64,000 bases of DNA, taken from the IMG/VR virus record IMGVR_UViG_3300025470_000023; one strand, 5' to 3'. Below are positions 17,794 to 27,043 of the stretch, piece after piece; within the stretch, counting starts at the first letter, position 1, and the number at the start of each line of letters is the position of its first letter. The notes under the pieces were generated by a model, which had not been told where the DNA came from, did no database searches, and worked only from the letters and a program-made list of their open reading frames with translations. Position numbers and translations under genes: made by a program. The stretch comes from an uncultured virus (IMG/VR IMGVR_UViG_3300025470_000023) (lineage: Duplodnaviria; Heunggongvirae; Uroviricota; Caudoviricetes).

Positions 17794-18765
17794 ATGGCAA
17801 GAGAAGACGATTTAGACTTTTCCGATGACGAGGAAGTCCACGTAGTAGGGCGCAAGGTTCTCGCAGAGAACACTCGTGTAGCGCCTGAAGAAGATGAATA
17901 CGAAGTCGTAGACGATACGCCTGAAGAAGATCAAGACCGCCCGCCTCTGGCGCTGGACGACGATGACTTAGATCAGGAAGAAGAGCAGGAGAGCTATTCA
18001 AAACGCGTCAAAAAGCGTATCGACCGGCTAACACACAAGATCAATGACGAGCGGCGCGAAAAAGAACGTCTCGCGCGCGAGCACGCGGAAGCCGTCAAAA
18101 TTGCGCAGATGTTTTACAACCGCGCGCAGGAGCTTGAGCAGACCGTAACTTGGGGTTCAGGACGCCTGACTGAAGAAGCGACAAACCGGCTCGAGTACCA
18201 GCAGCAGATTGCTCAGGACAAGTATCGCAAGGCATTTGAAGCGGGCGATACAGATGGAGTCATTGATGCGCAGAATGAGCTCAACAAACTGGCTATCGAG
18301 CGTAGTCAGATTGGGCAATGGACACCACCTGCACCACAACCTCCACGAGCACCTTTACAACAGGAAAACAATCCTGTATATAACCAACCAGCACCTGTTC
18401 AGCCTCAGCAACCACCCGCAAGGGACTATAAGGCAGAAGCATGGTCAGCCCAGAATCCTTGGTTTGGCAAGGACGAAGAGATGACTGCATTCGCCTACGG
18501 GGTACATGAACGGCTAGTAAAATCCGGTGTCGATCCTACCTCTGACGAGTATTACGGCAAGGTGGACGCCCGCATGAGGGAGATGTTCCCTCAAAACTTT
18601 AACCAACGTACCAAGAAAGTAAGCACTGTAGCATCGGTTGGTAGAACCACCGCACCAAAAAAGACCGCAGTGACCAAATCTGAAGACGCACTTATTAAGC
18701 GACTCGGGATTAAGCCAGAGGCTTACCTTGCTGAGAAACGCAAACTGGAGCAACGCAATGGCTAA
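17794..18765 (+). CDS. capsid scaffolding protein (probable)
   Basis: Acidic N-terminus, coiled coil, position upstream of the capsid genes. Confidence 0.7.
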   Translation: MAREDDLDFSDDEEVHVVGRKVLAENTRVAPEEDEYEVVDDTPEEDQDRPPLALDDDDLDQEEEQESYSKRVKKRIDRLTHKINDERREKERLAREHAEAVKIAQMFYNRAQELEQTVTWGSGRLTEEATNRLEYQQQIAQDKYRKAFEAGDTDGVIDAQNELNKLAIERSQIGQWTPPAPQPPRAPLQQENNPVYNQPAPVQPQQPPARDYKAEAWSAQNPWFGKDEEMTAFAYGVHERLVKSGVDPTSDEYYGKVDARMREMFPQNFNQRTKKVSTVASVGRTTAPKKTAVTKSEDALIKRLGIKPEAYLAEKRKLEQRNG

Positions 18766-19216
18766 TATCGACCGTTCGCTTAGACAGAATGAAACGCGAG
18801 AAAAAGAAGTTCGCATGGACTCTTGGAAACCCGCGCACGATCTTCCTGTGCCTAACCCCATTGATGGGTATGGCTTTCGCTGGATTCGAGTCGCCATGAT
18901 GGGTAACCCCGATCCGGCTAATATGGCTCGCGCCAGACGCGAAGGCTGGGTGCCTTGTAAGGCTTCTGATCATCCAGAGATCAGCTCAGATTTTGCTGCG
19001 TTTGGTTTGGCTCCGACCTCTGACCTCATCGAGATCGGCGGTTTGGTGCTGTGCAAAGCACCAAAGGAATTGATTAATCAGCGCTATGCGTACTATGAGA
19101 ACATGACTCAGAAGCAGACGCAGTCCGTAGACAACAATCTTTTCCGCGAAAATGATCCTAGGATGCCCCTCTTTAGAGAAGGGAAGTCCAAAGTGTCTTT
19201 TGGTAGCGGTTCCTAG
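18758..19216 (+). CDS. conserved head-region protein
   Basis: FRWIR...REGWVP...GGLVLCK motif. Confidence 0.7.
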   Translation: MANIDRSLRQNETREKEVRMDSWKPAHDLPVPNPIDGYGFRWIRVAMMGNPDPANMARARREGWVPCKASDHPEISSDFAAFGLAPTSDLIEIGGLVLCKAPKELINQRYAYYENMTQKQTQSVDNNLFRENDPRMPLFREGKSKVSFGSGS

Positions 19217-19254
19217 TCTCTAGGGGCCGGTTCATTCAAAATTAGGAGTTTTAT

Positions 19255-19917
19255 ATGGCATATCCTAACGGTATCGGCCCCTCCGGTTTGGTTCCTGTTA
19301 ACCTGATCGGTGGTCGTGTTTATAGCGGAGCGATTCGTGAAATTCCGATTGCATCTGGGTACGCTCAGAACATCGGCTATGGCGATTTCGTCACTTACAC
19401 CACTGATGGCACCATCGTTCGTGTTGACACTGCTGCGGGTCAGAAAGCTGCTTTTGCAGCGGCTCCAGTTGGTATCTTCCTTGGATGTCAGTATTCACCG
19501 AGCACCGGCCTCAAGCAGCCGCTGTGGTCACAGTACTGGCCGACGGGCACCACGATCCTCACCGACAGCGCTAACACTAACTACGGTTATGGTTGGGCAT
19601 ACGTCTGTGAAGACCCCGATGCTGTCTTTGTAGCTACCGTTTCTAACGGTTCAGGCGCTCTGTACACCTCTAGCGCAGCTACTCAGGCTAACGTAGGCCA
19701 GAACATTGGCTACTACGTAAAGACGGGTCTGATTAACACCACGACTGGTGACAGCCTCGTGACTGTGGACCTCACCTCTGCAGCTACCACCAACACTCTG
19801 CCGCTGCGTATCGTTGACGTTGTCCGTTCTACGGCTCTGTCTGATGGTACCTACCAGCAGGTTCTGGTGAGCTTCAATGCAGGCTTCCACTTCTATCGTC
19901 AGGCCACTGGTATCTAA
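19255..19917 (+). CDS. capsid-associated (decoration/cement-like) protein
   Basis: Beta-rich, optimal codons, AGGAG RBS, directly upstream of the major capsid gene. Confidence 0.65.
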   Translation: MAYPNGIGPSGLVPVNLIGGRVYSGAIREIPIASGYAQNIGYGDFVTYTTDGTIVRVDTAAGQKAAFAAAPVGIFLGCQYSPSTGLKQPLWSQYWPTGTTILTDSANTNYGYGWAYVCEDPDAVFVATVSNGSGALYTSSAATQANVGQNIGYYVKTGLINTTTGDSLVTVDLTSAATTNTLPLRIVDVVRSTALSDGTYQQVLVSFNAGFHFYRQATGI

Positions 19918-19929
19918 GGAGTAACTTAA

Positions 19930-20844
19930 ATGGCTGCTATTTCACGCGCGCAATTACTTAAAGAGCTGCTCCCCGGCTTGAACGCCCTGTTCGGTCTGGA
20001 ATATGAGCGGTATGGCGAGGAATACAAGGAGCTTTTCGAGACCGAAAGCTCTGAGCGTTCCTTTGAAGAAGAACAGAAGCTCTCTGGCTTCGGTGCTGCC
20101 CCGGTTAAGGCGGAAGGTTCAGCGATTGCGTATGACAATGCGCAGGAAGCATGGAACACCCGCTACACCCACGAAACCATCGCTCTCGGCTTCTCCCTGA
20201 CGGAAGAAGCAATCGAAGATAACCTGTACGACTCACTGTCTGCTCGTTATACCAAGGCGCTGGCTCGTGCTATGGCTTACACCAAGGAAGTCAAGGCGGC
20301 TAACATTCTGAATAACGGCTTCAACTCGAACTACAAAGGTGGTGACGGTCAGGCTCTGTTCTCAAATGCTCACCCGCTGGTTTATGGTTCAACCATTTCC
20401 AACATTCCGACGACTGCAGCGGACCTGAACGAAACCTCACTTGAAAATGCGGTAATTCAGATCTCTCTGTGGACCGACGAACGTGGCCTGCTCATCGCAG
20501 CTAAGCCGAAGAAACTGATCATCCCGTCTGCACTGCAGTTCGTGGCGACCCGTATCCTCGAAACTGAACTGCGTGTTGGTACCTCCGACAACGACATCAA
20601 CGCTCTGAAGAACAACGGCTCAATCCCGGGCGGCTGGACTGTCAACCACTGGTTGACCGACACCAATGCTTGGTTCTTGACCACCGACGTTCCGAATGGC
20701 CTCAAGCACTTTGTCCGTACCCCCTTGGCGACTTCAATGGACGCTGATTTTGATACGGGGAACGCTAGGTACAAGGCGAGAGAGCGCTACAGCTTTGGAT
20801 GGTCCGATTTCCTCGGAGTATTCGGAAGTCCCGGAAGTTCCTGA
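19930..20844 (+). CDS. major capsid protein (Mu gpT-like, HK97 fold)
   Basis: AISRAQLLKELLPGLNALFG...GDGQALFSNAHP...KARERYSFGWSD; AAGGAG RBS. Confidence 0.9.
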   Translation: MAAISRAQLLKELLPGLNALFGLEYERYGEEYKELFETESSERSFEEEQKLSGFGAAPVKAEGSAIAYDNAQEAWNTRYTHETIALGFSLTEEAIEDNLYDSLSARYTKALARAMAYTKEVKAANILNNGFNSNYKGGDGQALFSNAHPLVYGSTISNIPTTAADLNETSLENAVIQISLWTDERGLLIAAKPKKLIIPSALQFVATRILETELRVGTSDNDINALKNNGSIPGGWTVNHWLTDTNAWFLTTDVPNGLKHFVRTPLATSMDADFDTGNARYKARERYSFGWSDFLGVFGSPGSS

Positions 20845-20864
20845 TTTATCAGGGTTTATCGGGA

Positions 20865-20892
20865 GAAAAGGGCCTTCGGGCCCTTTTCTTTT
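20865..20892 (+). terminator. rho-independent terminator after the capsid gene
   Basis: GAAAAGGGCC-TTCG-GGCCCTTTTC then TTTT. Confidence 0.9.
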
Positions 20893-20901
20893 GCCCGCAT
20901 G

Positions 20902-20930
20902 TTGACACAGCGTTCCTTCAGTGGTTTAAT
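20902..20930 (+). promoter_or_regulatory. sigma70-like promoter for the GIY-YIG gene
   Basis: TTGACA-17-TTTAAT. Confidence 0.65.
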
Positions 20931-20953
20931 ATCTTTACCAACCCGGAGGGCGC

Positions 20954-21769
20954 ATGAAGAACGTAATTTACAAAATCCGAAACGTAGTCAACGACCACTA
21001 CTACGTAGGCAGCACAGTCGACTCTCGCAAACGCTTTTGGGCGCATAGAAAAGCTCTTCGCTTAGGGAACCATGACTGCGTGCATTTGCAACGTGCATGG
21101 AACAAATATGGCGAGGACTGTTTTAAATTCGAAGTGCTAGAGACGCATAGCTCTAAAGACGAGTTGTACCCAGCGGAACAAAAATGGCTGGACGAGCATT
21201 TCGGTAAAGACTACTGCTACAACGTAGCTGCCCACGCCGACTCCCCTATGAGGGATGCGAGCCCAGAGATCCGGGCTAAATTAGCTGAAAAAACCAAAGC
21301 ATGGCTTAAACGAGAGGGACACCCTCGGCAAGGCGTAGCACATACAGAAGAATCCCGCGCTCAGATGTCAGAGACGCGTAAAGGTAAAGCAGCAGGCGCA
21401 GACCACTACCGCTACGGTAAAACAGTTTCAGAGGAGACACGTAAAAAGATTGGCGATGCTCAACGTGGTAAACCTAAAGCGCCCGGGAGAACCATATCCG
21501 CTGAAGGCCGTGCCAAAATCCGTGCCGCAGCTGAGGCGGGGCACTACAGTCACTGGGAAGGTCGCACTCATTCGGAGGAGTCAAAGGAGAAGATGGGCCG
21601 CGCCGTCATAGCGACGGATCCTGCTGGTGTAGAGCATAGGTTTGCTACAATCACTCAGCTTCGAAAGGAGCTTGGGCTGACTCCACCCACGGTGGATAGG
21701 GCTTTAAAATCTGGCAACGCCCTGACAAAAGGCAAAGCCGAGGGGTGGAGTTTTAGATATACTGACTGA
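20954..21769 (+). mobile_element. free-standing GIY-YIG homing endonuclease with NUMOD3 repeats
   Basis: VIYKIRN...YYVGST...RFWAH...LQRAWNKYG; repeated HTEESRAQMS / SEETRKKIG / HSEESKEKM. Confidence 0.9.
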
Positions 21770-21793
21770 GGACTGGGAGATCCCGGTCGGGAC

Positions 21794-21820
21794 AAGGGGG
21801 CTTCGGCCCCCTTTTCTTTT
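21794..21820 (+). terminator. rho-independent terminator
   Basis: GGGGGC-TTCG-GCCCCC then TTTTCTTTT. Confidence 0.9.
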
Positions 21821-21823
21821 GTC

Positions 21824-21852
21824 TTGACACTGAAAAATAAGTAAGCTACAAA
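21824..21852 (+). promoter_or_regulatory. sigma70-like promoter
   Basis: TTGACA-17-TACAAA. Confidence 0.5.
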
Positions 21853-21859
21853 GGCTCAA

Positions 21860-21930
21860 ATCTAGGGATTTTCTAATTGCCTGCTCGACCGCCCTAGCGG
21901 TACTCGCACAAGACGACAGGCGCATGTGCA
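21860..21930 (+). ncRNA. candidate pseudoknotted RNA (possibly Mu-gpT-DE motif)
   Basis: Complementary pairs CTAGGG/CCCTAG, GCCTG/CAGGC, ACCG/CGGT, GCACA/TGTGC; downstream of a gpT-like capsid gene. Confidence 0.5.
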
Positions 21931-21940
21931 TGAGGTTATC

Positions 21941-22438
21941 ATGGGATTCTCCACTTGGCTTGGCCCGATTCGCACGGGTACCGTAAAGGACACCACCGGA
22001 ACCACCGCTGGTACTGTCGCTAACTGCGGCGTCGTCAGTCTTTCTCAGAACTCTGTTGTGTCTCCTGCTACTACCGCTGGCACGACCACGATCGGTTGGA
22101 TTCCGGCAGGTTCTCAGATTCTCGGTATCGAACTCGACACCACCACGGCCTTCACCTTCACCGGAGGCACCACTCCAGCAGCCACCATTACGGTGGGTGA
22201 TGGGACCACGGCAAATAAGTTTGTCACCACGACCACTGTGACTTCTGCAGGTCGGGCTTCACTGGCCACCACTGGCTCATACGCCAACTGGGTAAGTATC
22301 GGTTCTGTCGATATTCCGGTCGTGGTCACGCTGGCCTTCACCGGCTCACCTTCTTCTGTCAATGCAGGTGCATTGAACCTCACGGTGCGTTACGCTCAGA
22401 AGAACAGCGATGGCACTGCAGCTCCAGCCTCTGCCTAA
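21941..22438 (+). CDS. virion structural protein
   Basis: Thr-rich beta protein; GAGG RBS before ATG 21941. Confidence 0.7.
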   Translation: MGFSTWLGPIRTGTVKDTTGTTAGTVANCGVVSLSQNSVVSPATTAGTTTIGWIPAGSQILGIELDTTTAFTFTGGTTPAATITVGDGTTANKFVTTTTVTSAGRASLATTGSYANWVSIGSVDIPVVVTLAFTGSPSSVNAGALNLTVRYAQKNSDGTAAPASA

Positions 22439-22451
22439 GAGACTGGTAGCG

Positions 22452-22685
22452 ATGGATGCGCAAAATATCATTAATATCACTGCAGCGGTCATCGGAGCAG
22501 TCATTGGTTGGTTTGTAAAAATCATGTGGGATTCTGTTAAAGAACTCCAGAAAGACGTGAAAGAAACCAACCAGTCTCTCCATGAGAACTACGTCCGTAA
22601 AGATGATTATCGAATCGACATGGCCGAAATAAAGGGTATGTTTAACCGGATCATGGACAAGTTGGACAACAAGGTGGACAAATGA
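22452..22685 (+). CDS. single-TM coiled-coil membrane protein
   Basis: MDAQNIINITAAVIGAVIGWFVK followed by a coiled coil. Confidence 0.65.
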   Translation: MDAQNIINITAAVIGAVIGWFVKIMWDSVKELQKDVKETNQSLHENYVRKDDYRIDMAEIKGMFNRIMDKLDNKVDK

Positions 22686-23023
22686 CACTGCCGTCCCGCG
22701 GTATTTCTCCAATTCAGCGTAAAGCTAGAGGAAATAAAATGGCTAAGAAATCAGGTATGCCTACTTTGGCAAAGAAAGAGTCTATGAAGGCTCGTGTAAC
22801 CAAGCGCGCTCCCGCACTGAACGCTATGTCTTTGGGTGCGGCTAATGCTCCTATGCCTCCGGCAGCAGGTCTCCGTACCGCTGGCCCTATGGGTATGAAG
22901 TCTGGCGGTTCTTGTGGCACCAAGAAGATGGCTTGCGGTGGCAAGGCGATGAAGGGCTACTATAAAGGTGGTTCTGTCGATGGCTGCATCTCTAAGGGCC
23001 ACACCAAAGGGAAGTTTGTCTGA
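22682..23023 (+). CDS. small basic virion protein
   Basis: MKSGG / MACGG / YYKGG repeats, DGCISKGHTKG end; alternative start at 22739. Confidence 0.65.
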   Translation: MTLPSRGISPIQRKARGNKMAKKSGMPTLAKKESMKARVTKRAPALNAMSLGAANAPMPPAAGLRTAGPMGMKSGGSCGTKKMACGGKAMKGYYKGGSVDGCISKGHTKGKFV

Positions 23024-23454
23024 TGGCTGGGGGCGGCGGGCAGGGAGTTGATTTATCTCAGCTTCAGCAGAGCTTATCGGGCGGTGCGAATAGCCAGTCT
23101 GGCTATAACAACTTTGCCGCCCCCAACCAAAACTTCATGTCCTACCAAGGACAGGGTCAGCCGAACCAGCCACAGGGTATTACGCCCGGCACTCCGCCTC
23201 CGGCGTTTGGCGCGACTCCTCAAAATCAGAATTTTATGTCAGGTCCTGATGTGACAGGCAATATGCCCGGCGGCAACGAAGGTTTTGATGGTAGCGGCAG
23301 TGATGGCGGCGTAGGTGGTCAGCCCGCCCCGATGCAGAGTCCTCTGCAGCAAGGCAACAAACCTCTGGGTATGAGCCAGTTTCAGCAGCCGCAAGGACTG
23401 CAGATTCAAGGAAACCCTACTTCACAAGTAGTGCAGAGGCCCCAGCAGAGGTAA
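23023..23454 (+). CDS. Q/G/P-rich low-complexity protein
   Basis: 143-aa ORF with TGATG coupling. Confidence 0.55.
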   Translation: MAGGGGQGVDLSQLQQSLSGGANSQSGYNNFAAPNQNFMSYQGQGQPNQPQGITPGTPPPAFGATPQNQNFMSGPDVTGNMPGGNEGFDGSGSDGGVGGQPAPMQSPLQQGNKPLGMSQFQQPQGLQIQGNPTSQVVQRPQQR

Positions 23455-23456
23455 GC

Positions 23457-23717
23457 ATGGCTAAGTCTCCCGCGTGGCAAAGAGCTGAAGGTAAAGACCC
23501 CAAGGGCGGTCTAAACGCCAAGGGTCGCGCCTCTGCCAAGAAGCAGGGCATGAACCTGAAACCCCCGGCCCCAAAGCCCAAGACAAAGGAAGACGCCGGA
23601 AGGAGAGCCTCCTTTTGCGCCCGAATGTCAGGTATGAAAAAGAAACTCACGAGCAGCAAGACTGCGAATGACCCAAATAGCCGCATCAACAAATCGTTGA
23701 AGGCGTGGAACTGCTGA
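23457..23717 (+). CDS. conserved small basic phage protein
   Basis: MAKSPAWQRAEGKDPKGGLNAKGRAS...SFCARM...SLKAWNC. Confidence 0.75.
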   Translation: MAKSPAWQRAEGKDPKGGLNAKGRASAKKQGMNLKPPAPKPKTKEDAGRRASFCARMSGMKKKLTSSKTANDPNSRINKSLKAWNC

Positions 23718-23727
23718 GGTAACGACA

Positions 23728-24252
23728 ATGACGATGCAATATGATGTAAAAGCCGCGCACATAAGTGTTTCTGGAATTATCCTAAGTGGGCGTGCGAGAC
23801 TGAAGCAGTTTACATTTGCCGGTACGGGTGGTCAGAACGGTAGGCTCGTGGCTTTTGACTGCCTGTCAGCGCCAACCGCCGCTACTTATGCTCAGTCAGG
23901 CACAAACACTGTTACGGTAACTAGCACCGCGCACGGGTTGGCTACGGGGGCGACAGTGGGTATTTCATACGCGTCTACTACAGGCGGTTCCGCTACCGAC
24001 GGCAATTACACTATTACGGTGACGGGGGCTAACACCTTCACGATTACCGATCCGAATAGCAACACGCTCAGCGGATCACCCCCTGCTTGTCAGTATGTTT
24101 CAGGCAGCAATCGCTGGATCACTACCTATGAAACTTTGACAGGATCTACGGCTACCTCAAGTGTGAATGTTCCCGGTGAAGGACTTTTGGCCGCTAACGG
24201 CATCTACGTCTACATGCTGAACATCGGTTTCGTAACCATCCATTACGGTTAA
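23728..24252 (+). CDS. virion structural protein
   Basis: Thr-rich, with a beta-barrel insert (VTVTSTAHGLATG...GNYTITVTGANTF). Confidence 0.65.
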   Translation: MTMQYDVKAAHISVSGIILSGRARLKQFTFAGTGGQNGRLVAFDCLSAPTAATYAQSGTNTVTVTSTAHGLATGATVGISYASTTGGSATDGNYTITVTGANTFTITDPNSNTLSGSPPACQYVSGSNRWITTYETLTGSTATSSVNVPGEGLLAANGIYVYMLNIGFVTIHYG

Positions 24253-24255
24253 GCC

Positions 24256-24318
24256 ATGACCACCTCCGGCGTCACAGATTGGAACCCGCAACTTGATGAG
24301 ATCGTTGAGGAAGCCTAG
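24256..24318 (+). pseudogene. orphaned 5' end of the adaptor gene
   Basis: MTTSGVTDWNPQLDEIVEEA* nearly matches MATSGTANWNPQLDEIIEES at 24949. Confidence 0.85.
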
Positions 24319-24320
24319 AT

Positions 24321-24959
24321 ATGAGAGCAATAAATCCAGAAACGACCAGATATGCGTATGTGCACTGTCGTCCTGATGGGTCTATTTTTTATGTAGGCAA
24401 GGGTGCTATGCGCCGAGCAAAAAATCTTAGGGAACGGAATGAGTACCATAAGCGGGTCGTAGCTAAGCACGGTAAGGAAAACATTTTTATCGGAACCATA
24501 GAATGCTCATCTGATGCGATATCACTAGAGTTGGAACGGGGCATCATCAAGTGTCTCAAACGTTCTGGAGTTAAACTAACTAATTGCACGGATGGTGGCG
24601 AGAAGGGCACAGTTTTAACACCGGAGACATTAGAGAAGTTGTCCATAGCGGCAAAAAAACGCGGCGTATCAGCAGCCTGCCGAACCGCTACCGTAACCGC
24701 GAGAAAAGGAAAACCGCTACCAGAAGCGCACAGATTGAAAGTATCGCGGAGTATGCAAGGTAAAGTATTCTCTGAAGAGCATCGACGTAATATCAGCGCT
24801 TCCGCTAAGAAAAGAGGCATGTCTCCACAAATAACAGCCGCAGCCCACGCTAAGACCAGAGGCAGGGTGCAATCTGAAGAGGAGCGCGCAATGCGGAGCG
24901 CAGCGCTGTTAGAATCATGGCGCAGGCGTAAAGCGGAGGCAACAAATAATGGCGACTAG
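24321..24959 (+). mobile_element. GIY-YIG homing endonuclease with NUMOD3-like repeats
   Basis: YAYVHCRPDGSIFYVGKG...LELERGII...LTNCTDGGE; SEEHRRNIS repeats. Confidence 0.85.
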
Positions 24960-25653
24960 TGGAACAGCTAATTGGAACCCCCAGCTAGATGAAATTATTG
25001 AAGAAAGTTATGAAAGAGTTGGGGTCGAAATCCGCACGGGTTACCAAGCTCGTACCGCGCGACGAAGTCTCAACTATCTCATAACCGAGCTTGCTAACCA
25101 CGGGTTGAATCTTTGGACTTACGAAGAAGCGGACATCCCGCTCACCCAAGGACAGTACATTTACGATCTTCCAGAAGACTGCGTAGACCTTGTTGATCAA
25201 GTGATTCGACAGAATCCGGGTAGCCAATACAACCAGACCGATTTAGTTATCCCACGTATAGCCCTGCCGACTTATGACGCGATCCCAAACAAGCTGTCGC
25301 AAGGACGCCCCGTACAGGTATGGGTAAACAGGCAGTCACCTATCCCGAAAATTTACTTGTGGCAAGTGCCCAATCAATCGGGCTACTCTTTTCATTATTG
25401 GTATCTGCGCCGCGTTCAAGACGCTGGGCAGTCAGGTGCTACAACGCAAGATGTACCTTTCCGTTTTTACGAAGCATTGACCGCGGGACTTTCGTATCAT
25501 TTGGGTAGAAAACAACCGGATTTGGATATGAATAGACTGCAGATGCTGAAAGCGTCTTATGATGAAGCATTGCAGTTGGCAATGGATGAGGACAGAGATA
25601 AAAGTCCTGTGAGATTTGTTCCGATGGCTGGGTACTTGGGTGGTGGCTGGTAA
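24949..25653 (+). CDS. head-tail adaptor/connector protein (probable)
   Basis: TARRSLNYLITELANHG...GRP...VPFRFYEALTAGLSY; position in late cluster. Confidence 0.65.
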   Translation: MATSGTANWNPQLDEIIEESYERVGVEIRTGYQARTARRSLNYLITELANHGLNLWTYEEADIPLTQGQYIYDLPEDCVDLVDQVIRQNPGSQYNQTDLVIPRIALPTYDAIPNKLSQGRPVQVWVNRQSPIPKIYLWQVPNQSGYSFHYWYLRRVQDAGQSGATTQDVPFRFYEALTAGLSYHLGRKQPDLDMNRLQMLKASYDEALQLAMDEDRDKSPVRFVPMAGYLGGGW

Positions 25654-26036
25654 TGGCTACACGGTTCGCGAGTTATAAGCGGGCGTTCGGGTATTGCGAT
25701 CTTTGTGGCCAGCGCTATGACCTCAAGGTGATGAAAAAGATCTATATTATGGGGAAACTCATTAACACCAAACGGTGTACTGAGTGTTGGGAAATTGACC
25801 ATCCTCAGAATTGGGTCGGAATCATTGGTTCGCAGAAGGTTTCAAATGACCCGCAGGCTCTCCGTGAGCCTCGTCCTGACACGAACAGGAATGACTCTTG
25901 CGCTGACTTCGCTTTTAACCCTGTGGCTACCCAGCAGCTCACCACGTATCTGAACAATGTTAGAATTACGGCATTCACTTCGGTAGCTCCCGGCGCTGTG
26001 ATTGTTCCTCCGCTTCCGGGTAACGCACTTCTCTAA
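25653..26036 (+). CDS. zinc-finger protein
   Basis: CDLCG...CTECW, DPQALREPRPD. Confidence 0.7.
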   Translation: MATRFASYKRAFGYCDLCGQRYDLKVMKKIYIMGKLINTKRCTECWEIDHPQNWVGIIGSQKVSNDPQALREPRPDTNRNDSCADFAFNPVATQQLTTYLNNVRITAFTSVAPGAVIVPPLPGNALL

Positions 26037-26047
26037 GAGGTAACACG

Positions 26048-26218
26048 ATGGCCAAGCATGATGATGTCGCTGAAGACAAGAAACTGATCAAGCAGACTGT
26101 TAAAAAGTCCGCTCTGAAGGGCATGAAAAAGGGCGGTGTAACCTCCCTCGACATGAAGAAGTATGGGCGCAACCTCGCTCGTGCTATGAATCAGAAGGGG
26201 TCTAGCCGTGGCAAGTAA
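26048..26218 (+). CDS. small basic protein (56 aa)
   Basis: MAKHDDVAEDKKLIK...MKKGGVTSLDMKKYGRNLARAMNQ; GAGG RBS; below ORF-track cutoff. Confidence 0.65.
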   Translation: MAKHDDVAEDKKLIKQTVKKSALKGMKKGGVTSLDMKKYGRNLARAMNQKGSSRGK

Positions 26219-26378
26219 AGAACATCAGGAAGGCTCTGCAGAGTACAAAGGAATAAAGTCTGTTCCGACTCCCAAGTCCTCTGGGTACCCGAACAATATC
26301 GCATCTACGCAGACTGTCAAGACTCGCGGCACAGGCGCGCAGACGAAAGGCACTAAGCACAGCACCAAGATGGGCTAA
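26208..26378 (+). CDS. small basic protein (56 aa)
   Basis: GTG start; ends ...KTRGTGAQTKGTKHSTKMG; fills the gap to 26381. Confidence 0.6.
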   Translation: MASKEHQEGSAEYKGIKSVPTPKSSGYPNNIASTQTVKTRGTGAQTKGTKHSTKMG

Positions 26379-26380
26379 AC

Positions 26381-27043
26381 ATGTCATACGACATTACGAC
26401 ATACGCGGGGCTGGTAGAGGCAATACAAGCCTTTACTGAAGTTGATGAGGCGAGCTTCATCAGCAACATTCCTAACTTTGTTCAGGATGTAGAGCGGCTG
26501 GTTAATAACACCGTTGAGCTCCCCGCGTTTCGTAGGAATGTCACAGGCACAGCCACAGCTTCTTTTCCGTATCTGACGCTTCCGAGCGATTTTCTGTCCA
26601 CGTTCTCCGTGGCAGTGATGAACTCTGGAGACACACAGGCGGACGGCTATCGGTACATGCTGAACAAGGATGTGAACTACATCCGCGAGTTCTTTCCCTT
26701 CCCCGGTGTTACCGGAACGCCGCAGTACTACGCACTGTTCGACAACAACACGTACATTCTTGGGCCTACGCCTGATGTGAACTACGACATCGAACTGCAC
26801 TATTTTGCGTATCCGACTTCCATTGTGACCGCAGGGACTACGTGGTTGAGCACCAACTTCCCGAACGTATTGCTGTACGGCGCTCTGGTTGAGAGTTATA
26901 TATTTTTGAAGGGCGAGGCTGATTTGATCCAAGCGTATCAGACCAAGTACGATCAGGCTATGGCTCTGTTGAAGCAGCTCGGTGACGGTAAGGATCGTCA
27001 GGATGAATACAGGACCGTGCAGGTCAGGGACAAGGTTGTATGA
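26381..27043 (+). CDS. tail adaptor / tubular protein (probable)
   Basis: LPSDFL...GTPQYYA...GPTPD...TTWLSTNFPNVLLYGALVE. Confidence 0.7.
   Translation: MSYDITTYAGLVEAIQAFTEVDEASFISNIPNFVQDVERLVNNTVELPAFRRNVTGTATASFPYLTLPSDFLSTFSVAVMNSGDTQADGYRYMLNKDVNYIREFFPFPGVTGTPQYYALFDNNTYILGPTPDVNYDIELHYFAYPTSIVTAGTTWLSTNFPNVLLYGALVESYIFLKGEADLIQAYQTKYDQAMALLKQLGDGKDRQDEYRTVQVRDKVV

Noticed and set aside
20844..21800. GIY-YIG gene as part of a group I intron
   Set aside because: The capsid gene ends with a normal stop and terminator, and the flanks are too short for an intron core.
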